Source: Octopus vulgaris (Eukaryota). From it: DNA of 64,000 nt. Positions 42,999 through 56,205 of this stretch are shown piece after piece (the stretch's first letter is position 1; the number at the start of each line of letters is the position of its first letter). The stretch is taken from the NCBI GenBank assembly GCA_951406725.2, contig OX597814.1:81654001-81718000 (forward strand). Reading direction: 5' to 3'. A program made the translations under genes and the position numbers. Below the pieces are notes generated by a model. The model saw only the letters and a program-made list of their open reading frames with translations, was not told the origin of the DNA and did no database searches.

Positions 42999-44804
42999 GT
43001 AAGTATCTTCCTTCCTTCCTTCTTTTTTTCTTAGAGAAGCAAATAAATAACATTAGAGTCCAAGAAATTCTTCACACAAAAAATAATAATAATAATGGTT
43101 GTGAACCTCTGGAGATACTTTTACTGAAACATGGAGACAACTGAAATAAATGACCAGATGTCTTGTTACATCTTTAACTACAGATCAGGCATTGCCTTCT
43201 TCTGCTTATGTATGTTTATCCTTGAGTTATCTCTGATCAAGTTGTTTTATTGGTTCTTTGCTAAAGCACAGCACAGTTAAAATGGTACTTTGACTATTAT
43301 TTTAAACAGGAGTTACCTTTCTTTTTGTATTCACTTCCTCACTTAACTGCTCCATATTAAACTTAACCATATCCACCCCAAATTTCGACTTGTTTTATGA
43401 TCAAAATGGCCAGATCTGGTGTATCACACCTACCCTACAATATCTTTCTAAAAATATTCAATTACATCATCAAAATCTTGAAACTGTGAGATAATGCATT
43501 ATTACTTTAAAATAATATGAATAAATAATTATTACATTTGACCAAATAATGTGAATGCTAAAGAGTTAATGTATAATTATATAATGTACTAGCAGAGATA
43601 CCCAGTGTTGCTCGGGATTAAAACAGTATAGCTTTTTATTCTTTTACTTGTTTCATTTATGTGGCTGTGGCCATGCTGGAGCACATAAAAAGCACCATCC
43701 GAATGTGGCCAATGCCAGTGACACCTCGACTGGCTTCCGTGTCGGTGACATGTAAAAAGCACCATCCAATCATGGCCGATGCCAGCACGTAAAAGCACCC
43801 ACTACACTCTCAGAGTGGTTGACATTAGGAAGGTCATCCAGCTGTAGAAACACTGCCAGCTCAGATTGGGGCCTGGTGCATCCTCCTGGCTTTCCAGACC
43901 CCAGTCTCATGCCAGCATGGAAAACGGACGTTAAACGATGATGATGATGATAATGATGATGATGAATACATGGTTTAGTGAGTAGCTGCTGTGCTTTGGT
44001 CACTGGGATTGTGGGTTCGAGATAAATCATATGTACTTTTCTCTGATATGAATAGAAGAATCTCATGCAATGTATTGAGATTTATTAAAGCATTTTTGCT
44101 GAAGTTGCATCAAAGCAGGATGATATTATAGATAAGTCATGTTTTTGATTTCATTCTATAGTTAAAACTGTTGAAAGCATTTGCTTTGTACATTTTTTCT
44201 TTCAATAATTTTAATAACATAGTCACAATGGAAACGTAAAGATAAGTGAACCAGTATTTTCTCATTCTAAAGCTCCTTTATTTCTTGAGATAATAAAAAC
44301 AATAGACAGCAACTCTCAAGATAGAAGACACGAAAAAGGTTTAACAAAGAATTTAGTTTTCCAAGATATTCTCTCATAAGGTTGTACTACATATTACTAC
44401 ATAAATGGACATTTTACAAATTAGAAAAAAGTTTTCTAAAGAAAATATATTGTTCAAGGTCCGCTCTAAATTTCCAACAATTTCATAATTTTCAAACCAT
44501 GGAATTTCCATGGGCAATGCTAGTAGTATATTATTGTAGCTTGTATTTTTATCACTGGACACTTTTTCTACTGTTAAGCATTCAACTGTGAATTAAAAGT
44601 AGAACCTGTTTTCAGCTAGGTAGACAAAGACAAGTAAACTTAAGTTATTTGCTTTGAGGCAGCACACACTAATGATAATAATAATTTTAATTTTGTAATC
44701 ACATGCTCTGTAAGTTATCATTTTCCTAATTCACTGTATTCCATAATCACTTACCAGTATAAAAATGTTGATATAAAACTAATACTTTTCACCATTTCTT
44801 TCAG

Positions 44805-44828
44805 ACTTCTGAAGATGCTTGGGATAAG
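44805..44828 (+). CDS. DHRS4: DHRS4-like SDR, exon 4 (24-nt microexon)
   Basis: TTTCTTTCAG|TSEDAWDK|GTAAG; supplies the expected E..WDK segment. Confidence 0.85.
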
Positions 44829-45203
44829 GTAAGGAGAATTATTTATATATACAAATGAATAGAATATTTACATTCAAGGAAGACCTGCAAGCAGATTATT
44901 AATCTTTTTCCACAATTTAAATATTTTAAGCTGCTTATTTCCTCAAGTAGACCTGGAATAGTGAGGGCATGTTATTGATGAGGTTGCAAATGACAATGAA
45001 AAGATTTTAACCTGTGTGTCTGTTTATTATTGGCATTAATCTTCTCAAGATACAACAAAATGTGTTTCAACACATGGGTTCATATCAAGATGCTTGCAAA
45101 CAAAATATGAAATGAAATACTTCATGAAACATTTTTTGAAAGAATGTCTATGATCTTTCTACTAGTTTAGTAATTAACAATTATTTTATTAAATCCCTTC
45201 AAA

Positions 45204-45398
45204 TACTTTGAACATTTGAGACAATATGACGACAAAAAACAGTCCTCCATACTCTACCAACATGCAAAGGACCAACATGGCGGTAACCTGGGTCAACTTG
45301 ACATACGCATCTTATCCAAGCACCCAAAGGACCCAACACTCTGACAAATATGGGAGTACATCCTCATAAATGCAACTTCCCCTATACTAAATAGGAAA
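45204..45398 (+). pseudogene. Remnant of a second PLE GIY-YIG endonuclease C-terminus
   Basis: YFEHLRQYDDKKQSSILYQHAKDQH...KDPTL*QIWEYILINATSPILNRK; bracketed by diverged direct repeats at about 45040-45120 and 45980-46070. Confidence 0.55.
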
Positions 45399-46919
45399 TA
45401 TACATAGTAGATACCATACCCCACATACCCACAGTTTACACAGGTAGAGTAGAATAGTTAGTGGGCTGTTATGTAGATAGATGTATGTATGTGTATGTGT
45501 GTGGGTGTATGTATATATATATGTGTGTGTGTGTGTGTAGAGAGAGAGAGATGTATGTATGTGTGTGTGGGTGGGTATTTGAATACATATATCTGCACAT
45601 GTATATAAGCATATGGATATGAAAGTATACAGATCAACATATCAACGTACAGACAGATAGTTACATAGGTTATATGATCAAACAAGCACACATACGCAAA
45701 TGAAGACTGAAACACATGACCATATATACATACAAAATTTACGTCATACAAGGACACATATGGAGACATACGTCCACACATATGGAGATGCACATCCATA
45801 CATACACTGATCCACACACATGCACACAAACAAAAGAAAAGGAACACAGTGTGAGTAACGGACAGACAAAACTATTGAAAAGGTTGCAAGACGTAACGAA
45901 AATTTTAGAAAAATAAAAAAGAAATAAGTGAAAGTTTTTCCGGTGAATGTGTTAAATTATAAGGCACCAAAAGTGAATGACTCTCCTCAGACAACAGAAT
46001 ATGCTTCAACACACGAACTCACATAAAGAATCTTGCAAACCAAATCCCAAAAGGAAATATAGATGTCTGTTTCACTAGAAATATGGTAACAAAAGGGTCA
46101 ATGTGGAATAATATATTTTACTAGGTTTGAATATATTTTAGAGAAGTGTTGTCAAAAATGTATTATTTTTATCACTTAGTCAGGAGGAACAGTAGTGGCA
46201 ATTGCCTTTTACAGGGCTGAGACTGGTGAGAGGGAGGGAGTTAGGAAGATATCCTTAAACCAGAGACCTGTCCTGAGTGTTTGCAACAGAGTGGACAACA
46301 CAAAGGGTATCTAAGGATCAGATGATGGTGTTAAACCAGGTAATGGAATAAGTCTACTACCCATGAAGGTCACAGTGGAATTTGAACTCCATATAAAGTG
46401 CTAGAACAAATGCTGCAAGGTATCCCATCTGACACTAATGTTTCTTCAAGTCCATCACTTTGCTTGACAACAAAGGAGTGTTGGTGACAGGAAGGACATC
46501 CAACCATTGAAAATGTGTCTCAACAAATTCATCTGACCAATGCAAAAATAGAAAATTGGACATTAAAAGTGATGATGTTGGTGGTAGAGGAGAAGAGAGA
46601 GAGAGAAATCATCTTATTTTTATTATGTAATAGAATTAAGATGACTAATATAAATATGAGAGCTGAGTAGTCACACTAGTTTTAAAGTTATCCTCCCGCA
46701 TACGCATTGGATTTGGGGTGAAATCCTATGAGTCTTAAAAGAAAATACCGATTTTTATGAAATCAATTATAGCATTTTCCTTAAGTTCAATTATTTCATT
46801 TTGATTTAAATGGTTTTGTGTTTGTATTATCAGTGTTTTTTGTTTTTGTTTTTGCTATTGATTTGTCTCCAAGTATTCATTTTGGTGTTTGATATTTTAA
46901 ATGTTCTTATTACCAACAG

Positions 46920-46990
46920 ATCTTTGAAGCTAATGTCAAGGCACCATTCTTGTTTTGCAAAGATGTAGCACCACTGATGGAAAAAAGAGG
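46920..46990 (+). CDS. DHRS4: DHRS4-like SDR, exon 5
   Basis: IFEANVKAPFLFCKDVAPLMEKRG; CAG/GTATGT sites. Confidence 0.9.
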
Positions 46991-47589
46991 GTATGTTATT
47001 TATTCTTTCACTGGTTTTAGTTTTTGGATTGTGTCCATGCCAGAACACCATATTCAGGAAAGTTTGGTTGATTAAATACTTATTCCCCACCACTTTGTCC
47101 TTAGCAAAACAAAGTAGTTGGAAAGTGATTGAAAAAAAAAAATTTACCTGGAAATAAAAGTACACAAATTGGAGGGAAGAAATGCTGCAAGATATTTTCA
47201 CATAATGCTGCAATTTATCACATGCACTTATAATATATATACACATGCATATATATATATGTGTGTGTGTATGTGTGTGTATATATATATGGAAATGTGG
47301 CAAAGTGAAATGAAGTGGTTTTGTTCAAGTATGCACTGCACTGTCGATCTGGGAACTGAAAGCAAGCATGATCTTATGACCAAGAGTGCAACACCCTAAC
47401 CACTAGGTTATATACTTTCACACACACACATAGATGTGCAACAGTTTCTGTCTATCAGACAACACCCGTAAATCTTTGGTATGATTATGGCTCACAATGG
47501 GATCAAACCCCTAACTTGAACCCGACTTCTTAACCTCACAGCTATGCCTCTGTCCTCAATATTAAACTATTTAGATTACACAGTGCTAT

Positions 47590-47867
47590 ATTTAAGGTGA
47601 GGAATTATGTATGTTATTTACATTTGACGGATATTTGTCCTCATCTTGTTTGTTGTTAACACAACGTTTTGGCTAATATACCCTCCAGCCATCATCAGGT
47701 GTCTTGGAGAAATTTTGAACCTGGGTTCTCATTCCTAAGGTATTTTTTCGATGTTATTATTATTAGTATTCAGGTCACTGCCTGGAATTGAATTCAGAAT
47801 CTTGGGGTTAGTAGCTCACACTCTTAACCACTACACCATATGCCCATGGGCATATGGTGTAGTGGTT
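47590..47867 (-). mobile_element. tRNA-headed SINE carrying a hammerhead motif and a terminal palindrome
   Basis: Minus strand: GGGCATA-TGGTGTAGTGG (A box)...GAATTCAATTCC (B-box-like)...hammerhead at 47659-47702; perfect palindrome 47826-47867. Confidence 0.65.
47659..47702 (-). ncRNA. Minimal hammerhead motif (GAAA mutated to AAAA in this copy)
   Basis: ACAC-CTGATGA-T-GGCTG gagggtatat TAGCC-AAAA-CG-TT-GTGT. Confidence 0.6.
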
Positions 47868-48090
47868 CCAGAGAAGTTGGGTGGTTGGAAGGTATATTAA
47901 TCCCAATGAATTTGTAATTCTTAAGATTTATATGATTTGTATGACTGTTGTAGTGTGTAGATAAAGTAACAACAAATCAAATCTGCAACACAAGTTCAAT
48001 CTCACTTAACTCATATTTCCAGTTTTCTGTAAGCAGCATCCAATTTGACTTATCTGCATTATATGTGAAAATGAAACCATAAGTAATCTC

Positions 48091-48319
48091 TTAACCCTTT
48101 AGCATTCTGATTACTGTATCACATGTAATCCTTATTCATTTACATTGTTTTGTGTTAATCTTGCATTATCTTCTAACTTTAAGATTTCTATGATGCAATT
48201 GATTAGTTTTAGAATAACATTGTAAGGTAGGTGTAAGAGGCCATATGTGGTCAGTCTGAACAAAAAAAAAAAAACAATATTTGGGCTGGATATGGCTGTT
48301 TTAAATACTAAAGGATTAA
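48091..48319. mobile_element. TTAA/CCC MITE, uninterrupted copy
   Basis: TTAACCCTTTAGCATT ... AATACTAAAGGATTAA; related copies at about 10370-10583, 13190-13420 and 43363-43569. Confidence 0.7.
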
Positions 48320-48417
48320 GGGTTCTGAGATATCTTCATATGATTGACATGTGCAAAACATTTTAAAAAGAAGTATGTACATAAATGATATCATTTCCAT
48401 TTAAAAATCTATTTCAG

Positions 48418-48469
48418 TGGTGGCTCCATAATATTTGTGTCATCTATACTAGGTTACCATCCAGAAGCA
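48418..48469 (+). CDS. DHRS4: DHRS4-like SDR, exon 6
   Basis: GGSIIFVSSILGYHPEA (catalytic Ser region); TTTCAG/GTAAGT. Confidence 0.95.
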
Positions 48470-49543
48470 GTAAGTAATTTAACTGTGTAATTTTAATAAA
48501 GTGCTGTTTTTTTTTGTTTTACTTATAAATTTGTTTCAAGAACTTTTCGTAGCAAATAATTTGGACTTAATTTTATGCTAAAATCAAACAAAGTTGTTTT
48601 GTATAAATTGATTTTTTTTTGCTCTCTTTGCTTATCTTTCATTAGAACCATTTTACTGCCTTTGTCTCAAGAATATATTGTAAAATGTGGAAGCCTCTAT
48701 GTCATCATGTAACTTTCCAGAAATAGTAGCTTACAATCTTAGAAAAAGAAAGGATACATTGAATGATGTAGTTCAGGACTACGCATCTTCGCAAAACACA
48801 AAAATGCATGGAGTCATACAGACTGTCTGCAAATGTGCATGCGCATTCAATTGTTGGGCATAAGGGGTCGGTTTATCAATTTTTTTAATGGCTTTTTGAG
48901 GTGACTGGGAAAATGAAAAGATCTTCACAACCACCCTCAGACAGTTTTGAAAGCCCATAGAAAATGTGAGCCTTTTACGTGAAAAACTGTGGATTTGTAT
49001 AAAGGATACACAGATACACAGACATTTTGCTGTTTATAGATATAGAGATGTGAATTATGGTTATGAATAAATTTCAAATTTATACTACAGATATGTAGTG
49101 ACACAAAACTTAAATACTTTTAAAAGTTTTAGAATAAATTATGTTTATGTATTTGTTTTGCAAGATTCTTGATGTGAAATGTTTATTGAAACAAATATTG
49201 TTATACTTGGTGATGATCATTGTTTTTTGCCAATTAAATGAACACTGTTTGCAATAAGCAGGACAAGAAGAGACACATAGGACAGAGGGTCACTGAACGT
49301 GTGATGAAAGAATTTTGACAGATGTATCAACTAAAAATAATACAAATAAAAACTGAAGTGAAGATTGAATAAATTGTGCATGGGAAGAAAAAAAATGACC
49401 ATCCCGAAGTATAACAATATTTTAGAATAATCTTATAGATAAAAAAATCTGCATTAAACTACATTTTTAAAATGTATTTTTAAAGTTTAATATTTTTAAT
49501 ATTGTGAAAGATTTGTAATTTATTTATTTCAATTTTATTTCAG

Positions 49544-49678
49544 TTTCTTGGCTGTTATTCTGTTAGCAAAACAGCTCTCCTTGGTTTGGTAAAAGTACTT
49601 GTTCCTCAGCTTAATGCAATGAATATCAGAGTGAATAGCATAGCTCCTGGTCTTATTGATACCAAATTCAGTCAAATG
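49544..49678 (+). CDS. DHRS4: DHRS4-like SDR, exon 7
   Basis: FLGCYSVSKTALLGLVK...IRVNSIAPGLIDTKFSQM; catalytic YxxxK. Confidence 0.95.
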
Positions 49679-50164
49679 GTAAATAGCATTTTAATAACTT
49701 ATTTTCTTTTCTCTCATTTTGTTCTTTACTTAAAAAAAAATTAAAGTATTAATCTTTAGCATACTTGGGCTCATTATGGTACTGCCTGAGATTTCTTCCT
49801 TGTAGTTGTGGGCATAGTGTAGTGCATTGAGAGGGGACAAAATTTGTATGGTGACATAATGTGCCTACAGCATGCCAAAGGTTAAAAAGCCAATGTTTGC
49901 AAGGCAGATACTGTTGGTCCAGAACAGAAGTAAGTTTCTCTGTGGAACAAACATACAAACCTAATTTTGATTCTAAGCTTTGCTTTTTAGACTTAGTTGG
50001 AGACAGAAATGCAGTGCTCATAACCTTTTTTGGGGGGAGCCTCCAGGGCAGATAGGAAGAGGTTATTCTCAGATGTAGCTCACAACAGGGAAGATATCAC
50101 TAAACCACACAAATTGAAGTGGAGGTATTAAACCAGGGGTACATATTAAGCTTCTTACCCATTA

Positions 50165-50666
50165 ATGAGTTGGGGTATACCTTGAATACTATATAATCTT
50201 TCCTCATCATAAAGCATGGCTTAGACTCCACAGGCTTCCATTCTCAGCTCAAGCCAGCAGGAATAGACTGAGGGGACAGTAAAGGGCTTGACAGTATGAC
50301 AATTTTTTCCCTTTCCATGGTGGTAGGCCTCTCATCTGGGATGTTACATGTTGTTATACCTTCTCCAGTAGCAATTTGGTGTGCTGAGTTGCCAGCCCAG
50401 GCTCCACTGCTTGTCAGGCTGAGAAAAGCAAACTATCAATGTATCAGTTACTCTCTGACAGGTTTATGGTTGGGCCTGTGATAGTAGACACCTCTGGTGT
50501 TCTTGGCCCCTGGACCATATCCCTACTCTCCGCTATTAGGGCAGAGATGGTTGTCTGCAAGTGTGAGCACCATGAGTCAGAGTGGCAGTTCCAGCGCATC
50601 TCCCTTACCATCCTTCAGGGCAACACCTTTTCCATTTTATCTGCTGGGGTCATGAGGCAGAGATAA
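50165..50666 (+). pseudogene. Degraded CRE-like non-LTR retrotransposon endonuclease (RLE) tail
   Basis: Fragments LDSMTIF, PLIWDVTC, GPVIVDTSGVLGP and FQRISLTILQGN match the C-terminal restriction-like endonuclease pattern of CRE elements. Confidence 0.6.
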
Positions 50667-51090
50667 AAACTAAAACATGACTACATATATTTCACTCACT
50701 AAACATTCTAGTAGTTCTATGGTCAGGATTAATTTTTCCTCTCAAATTTTGAAAGAAATTGTTAACCCAAGGGGGTCAGTACCTAAAGGTAGAGTTAATT
50801 TCTCAATGAATAGAGGCTAAAACTGTATCTTGATTACCTAAGTATATATTTTATTTGAAATATGTTCTAAAACATCTTTGAGAAATTTGTCCATGTCAGA
50901 CATTCTCATTTTCTGGTCCACACATGTTAACACAAAAAATTTACATCTGTTTTATAGATTTCTTCCATCATCATTGTCTTTTTAACTATTATTGCTGTTG
51001 TTTAGCCCATGTCAGCCCTATGATCAAAATATTCTGTCCCTGATCACCTTGTCCTTTTTTTTAAGCAATATACAATTTATTGTATTTCGG

Positions 51091-51284
51091 GATGGTTGTT
51101 TTTTTTTGCCAAATAAACACATGCACTATATATTTTTTCTTCACTCATTTATTACTGTTCTTATTTCATTGTTTTCATTCATGTCCATTGTTCACGAGTT
51201 AGAATAATGAAATAAGAACAGTAATAAACAAGTTAAGAAAAAATATATAGTGCATGTATTTATTTGGCAAAAAAAAAAACCATC
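51091..51284. mobile_element. Palindromic MITE
   Basis: GATGGTTG(T)nGCCAAATAAACACATGCACTATATA...TATATAGTGCATGTATTTATTTGGC(A)nCCATC; arms of about 85 bp. Confidence 0.75.
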
Positions 51285-51521
51285 TGTTTCAGCACATGAT
51301 TTCACATCAGGAATCTTGCAAAATGAATATATAAGACTACTATGATAATATTATTCAATGGGTTCCCTACTCTTGTGTGGTTAAGAAGCTCACTTAGTAA
51401 CCATGTGATTTTGCATTCAGTACACTAAGTCATGCCTTGGGCACCTTCTACTATGGTCCCAGGTTGACCAATTCCTTGTGAGTGAATTTGGCTGATGGAA
51501 AGAAACAGTGTGGAAGCCTGA

Positions 51522-51552
<31 letters not shown>

Positions 51553-51579
51553 CAAAGTAAGATAGGGGTTATGGGTCAT

Positions 51580-51712
51580 GAAATTCCAACATAGTCTGAT
51601 TTTCACCTTTTATTATTTACAATTTTTACAATATTGAAATAAACTAGTACTTTCATGCATTATGCCATCAACAAGTTCATGTAATGAGTCGTGTTCCACA
51701 ATTGACGACTGT
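51580..51712 (-). mobile_element. Solo pLTR-like fragment related to the PLE at 1-2445
   Basis: Reverse complement shares AATGCATGAAAGTACTAGTT, GTGAAAATCAGAC and GTTGGAATT with 2292-2436; hammerhead core decayed to TTGTTGA; near (TA)n. Confidence 0.7.
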
Positions 51713-52307
51713 ATATAATATATTCTTCTATACATAATCATACAAACTCGGATATATATATTTATACGTACACATACATGTGTGTGTGTGTGTGTGTGTG
51801 TATGAGTACGTTTTTGTGTTTGCACTCTCCATTGGTGTTTATTCCCCTGTAACTTAACAGTTTGGCAAAAAAAATTTAAAATCCTAACAGAATATGTACC
51901 AAACTTTTTATCAAGTAAACCCTTCAAGGTGGTAAACCAGCATGAATGCAGACCAATGACTGAAAGAAGTAAAAAAAAAAAAAAAAAAATCAATAAAGCA
52001 TTAATCAGGCTGTTATTTCTAGCATGTCAAGTTATCACTCAGAGACAGCCTTGTTGGTTAGTATAATGTTGAATATTATTGAATAACTCTTTCAAAAGAA
52101 TTTTTAAGATCACTTGATGATGATGATTTGTCTTGTCAGGCTTGTTTAGCTTTCTATCTACAGCAAATGAGACTTGTGGACCTGAAACTTACTCCTTATC
52201 AGTACTTGTGCTACTACTCTGTAAACTAAGGAACTGCTTAGGGCACAAAATCTAGAGACATCACACAAATTCTGAACAACGAAATTTCTTAATCCTTTTG
52301 TTACTAT

Positions 52308-52712
52308 AGGCGCAGGAGTGGCTGTGTGGTAAGTAGCTTGCTAACCAACCACATGGTTCCGGGTTCAGTCCAACTGCGTGGCATCTTGGGCAAGTGTCTT
52401 CTACTATAGCCTCGGGCCGACCAAAGCCTTGTGAGTGGATTTGGTAGACGGAAACTGAAAGAAGCCTGTCGTATATATATATGTATGTGTGTGTATATGT
52501 TTGTGTGTCTGTGTTTGTCCCCCAAGCATTGCTTGACAACCGATGCTGGTGTGTTTACATCCCCGTCACTTAGCGGTTCGGCAAAAGAGACCAATAGAAT
52601 AAGTACTGGGCTTACAAAGAATAAGTCCCGGGGTCGATTTGCTCGACTAAAGGCGGTGCTCCAGCATGGCCGCAGTCAAAATGACTGAAACAAGTAAAAG
52701 AGTAAAAGAGTA
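52308..52712 (+). mobile_element. tRNA-derived SINE, family A (well-preserved copy)
   Basis: Collinear with 18971-19376. Confidence 0.85.
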
Positions 52713-53102
52713 TATATCTGTTGAAATACACTGCTTTTATTTCAATTAATTTTGAAAATAAGAAAGGGTTTAGTAAACTAACTTTCTCATTTTGAAGATG
52801 GTGTTTGATACATAAATTAACATGCAATTTTGATGGAAGATTTTAATTTAGATTGTTTTAAAAGAAGTTTGTATCATAGAACCAGGAGTTGTGTTGGGTG
52901 GGTTGGTATCAAAAGGGTTAAGCTAATCCAATTAAAAACATGAAATCTCGGTAGTAAGTAGAGTAGGAAATGTCACTTTTGAAACACAAGGAAATGGAGG
53001 ACAAGGTTGACCAGTAGGATGGGAAAGGAGGAGGAGTGTGTTGTATTATGACCTGTCACATGATTTGGCATGAGACAAATTTAACATTATGCTAAATAAT
53101 AA

Positions 53103-53456
53103 GATGGTGAGCTGGCAGAAACGTTAGCACACAGGGTGAAATGCTTAGCGGTATTTCATCTGCTGTTGCGTTCTGAGTTCAAATTCCGCTGAGGTCGACT
53201 TGCCTTTCATCCTTTTGGGGTCGATAAATTAAGTACCAGTTATGTAATCGACTTGATCTGTTTGTCTGTCCTCTTGTGGGTAGTAAAGAAATAGGTATTT
53301 TGTCCGTCTTTATGTCTTGAGTTCAGATTCCACCGAGGTTGACTTAGCCTTTCAAGGTTGATAAATTAAGTACCAGTTGCGTACTAGGGTTGATCTAATC
53401 GACTGGCACTCTCCCCAAAACTTTTGGGCCTTGTGCCTAGAGTAGAAAAGAATATT
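53103..53456 (+). mobile_element. tRNA-derived SINE, family C, with duplicated core
   Basis: GGTGAGCTGGCAGAA head, GAGTTCAAATTCC B box, GTCGAC..GCCTTTCATCC..GTCGATAAATTAAGTACC core present twice; other copies at about 12980-13190(-), 41748-41960, 62400-62625(-). Confidence 0.75.
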
Positions 53457-53982
53457 TTACTTGATGATATGCATAATAGTACTATATATTTTGTGGTGTG
53501 CAAGATATAATTTTTCAACTACATTTTCCATTTTGTTTCGAGGTGGTGGCTGGAGGGACTTGTGAGAAAAATTGGTTAACTCGTTTGTATGTAAATCGGC
53601 CATATCTGCACAAAATACTCTACTAGTTTTATGGTCAAACTGGCCTTTCACACTTAACCTGATATTATTCCAAAAATAAAAACACATCACCGAAATTTCA
53701 AAGTTACAATATAATACATGGTTAATTCAAATCAATGTGAATAAATAAGCATTATACCTGACAGAGTAATCTGATTGGGAAAAGGAGTCATACAGGGCTG
53801 GGCTGCAGAACTGGCCTTGGACATTGAATATTCTGGCATCAGCCTTGCTTACAGTACATCACAGTCTAATCTGCAACAACATATTTTTTTTTATGTTAAA
53901 ATTAAGATCTTTGAAAAAAATAAAGTGTTCATTTGGCTGTTAACTGAAGAGTAATACTCTTTGTATTCTTTTGCATTTCTAG

Positions 53983-54026
53983 CTTAAATCAGATGAATCC
54001 ATCCTGGCACGTATTCCCATGAATAG
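53983..54026 (+). CDS. DHRS4: DHRS4-like SDR, exon 8
   Basis: TTTCTAG|LKSDESILARIPMNR|GTGAGT; phase matches both neighbours. Confidence 0.85.
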
Positions 54027-56205
54027 GTGAGTTTCAAAACTTAAAATTGATTTGTTTTAGAGAAGACAGGCAGATTTTGTTTTCCATTGTTTTTATTGAT
54101 TAGTTTGAGGAAGCAGAGTAGTGCCTGATCATAGCCTTTCCAGGACCTTCAAGCATAGGAGATAAGGATAATGCTAATAAAAAGGCAACACCTCAATGGA
54201 AAGTACACGGCTCGATGGTTCGAGCATTGAGCTTACAATCTTGAGTTTGTGAGTCCGATTCCTGAACAAGGCTGTGTTGTGTTCTTGAGCAAGATACTTT
54301 ATTTCATGTTGCTCCAGTTGACTCAGCTGTAGAAATGAGATGCAATGTCACTGGCACCAAACTGTATTGGCACTTGCCTTTCCCTTGGACATCAGTGGCA
54401 TGGAGAGGGTTGACTGGTATGCATGGGCAACTGCTGGTCTTCCACTAACAACCTTGTCCAGACTTGTGCCTTGGAGGGAAACTGTCTAGGTGCAATCTCA
54501 TGGTCAGTTATGACCAAAGAGGGTCTTTACCCTTACCCTTTTACCTGAAGGGCATATTCTGCATACTAAACACACTGTTCTCATATATAATGAATTGGTA
54601 AACTTTGATGAACTGACATTATCTATGCAGTTAATAGACAAAAAAAATCCCTCTAAGGATGCTTAAAATATAAAAATGTCAAGAGGTAGATGGTGCTAAT
54701 AATACTAAGCAAAATTTATGGAAAACAAAGACCGTGTAGATAGGAGTAAATCTTGTTTACAAAGTCAACTGATAAAAACAATTGTCATGTTTCAATCTTT
54801 TAATAAGATCTCCTCAGCTTTTTAAGTTAAGGAAGATTTGGCTATTATTTCTTACTGGCCAAGTGACAGTGTTGAGGTTCCCTCACTGGCTTGTATGAAA
54901 TTAGGTTATCAAGGATGGTGTACAAGTCAAAGGTATTGAAAATGGAATACCTGTATGCAGATAGTGAAGGAGTGTTTTGAAATGGTATGGCATTTATGTG
55001 TGTGTATCTACAACAATAGGTTTGTTACTAATAAGAATACAGAAGGGTTGGATGAAGAACCAGAGCCTTAAGTTACGAGTTGATCAGGCAATGAGGCAAG
55101 CCCTGTCAATCTATATATATAAAATAAAGGATGTCTATGTGTGCAATATCTCTAGTTTTCAACTGATTTTCAAACATTACTTATGTGCCAAGGATGGTCA
55201 TGCATTGTAATTTCTGGCCCAGAGCTCCTGCATAAAGTGAGAAACGGAAAAAAAGGTGTATTTTACGGGATTTTCTCTAAAAACTGTTGTTTTCAACCGA
55301 TTCTCTCCCTTGCTCTCATTCTGTTTCTCTTGCTAACACATATTCTCTCTCACCCTCTGTAATAGTTTCTCTCTTTTTGTCTGTCTTTCCTTCCTTCCCT
55401 CCCTCTCTTTGACAAAAGGCGGTGCTCCAGCATGGCCAGTCAAATGACTGAAACAAGTAAACGAATAAAATTTATGCCAGGTATCTCTGCTAGTATGATA
55501 TAATGGAGAAACCAATCATTTGTTTTTTAGCCCCAGATAACTGCAATTAATCAGACATATGATTAAAGGAATTGCAATATTACCAACTCTTTGAGATATT
55601 ATCCAATGTCATCCCTTTTTTATGCTGTAGAGTGTTATTTTGTGGGATATTTGGGTACTATTTCTAGCAGGATGAGCAATCACATAGAGGTTATGTCATG
55701 ATGAATGGAAATCATTAGTAGAAAGGTTTCATATCAGACATATCGCAAGAGCTAAGAAAAACAACTTTCACTGAAATTCTGAAGGATGAAAAATAATGGT
55801 GCATGACAAGGAATTGGTCTTTTGTTGAATCTGGATCAGCTTTTCAAAAATTCTGAATAAAGATAGTAAAAGAAACAATTTTCAGTGTGATAAGTTAGGC
55901 AACTTGTTTTTTTTTTGTTAAGAGTACTGTTGCATGTTTCCACAAAACTAAAGAGAGATAAAGGTTAAACTGGTTTTAAAAAGAGTTCAGCTAGGACAGG
56001 AGCCCATCTGTTGCAAAAATTTGAATTTTGAATATTAGTGGCTAAAGAAGTTGGATAAATGTAAAGAGTATGAGAGAAAGAATCTAAGGGATATTCATAC
56101 ATTCTCAAGTACATGGGGGCATGAATATACAGAAGGGAATTTGAAATAAAACACAAGGTAAATATGGGAGCTTTGTTTCTAATTAATTCTATATATATAT
56201 ATATA

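Noticed and set aside
47775-47850. Functional tRNA gene
   Set aside because: The B box and stems are degenerate; it is better explained as a SINE head, as are the other tRNA-like heads.
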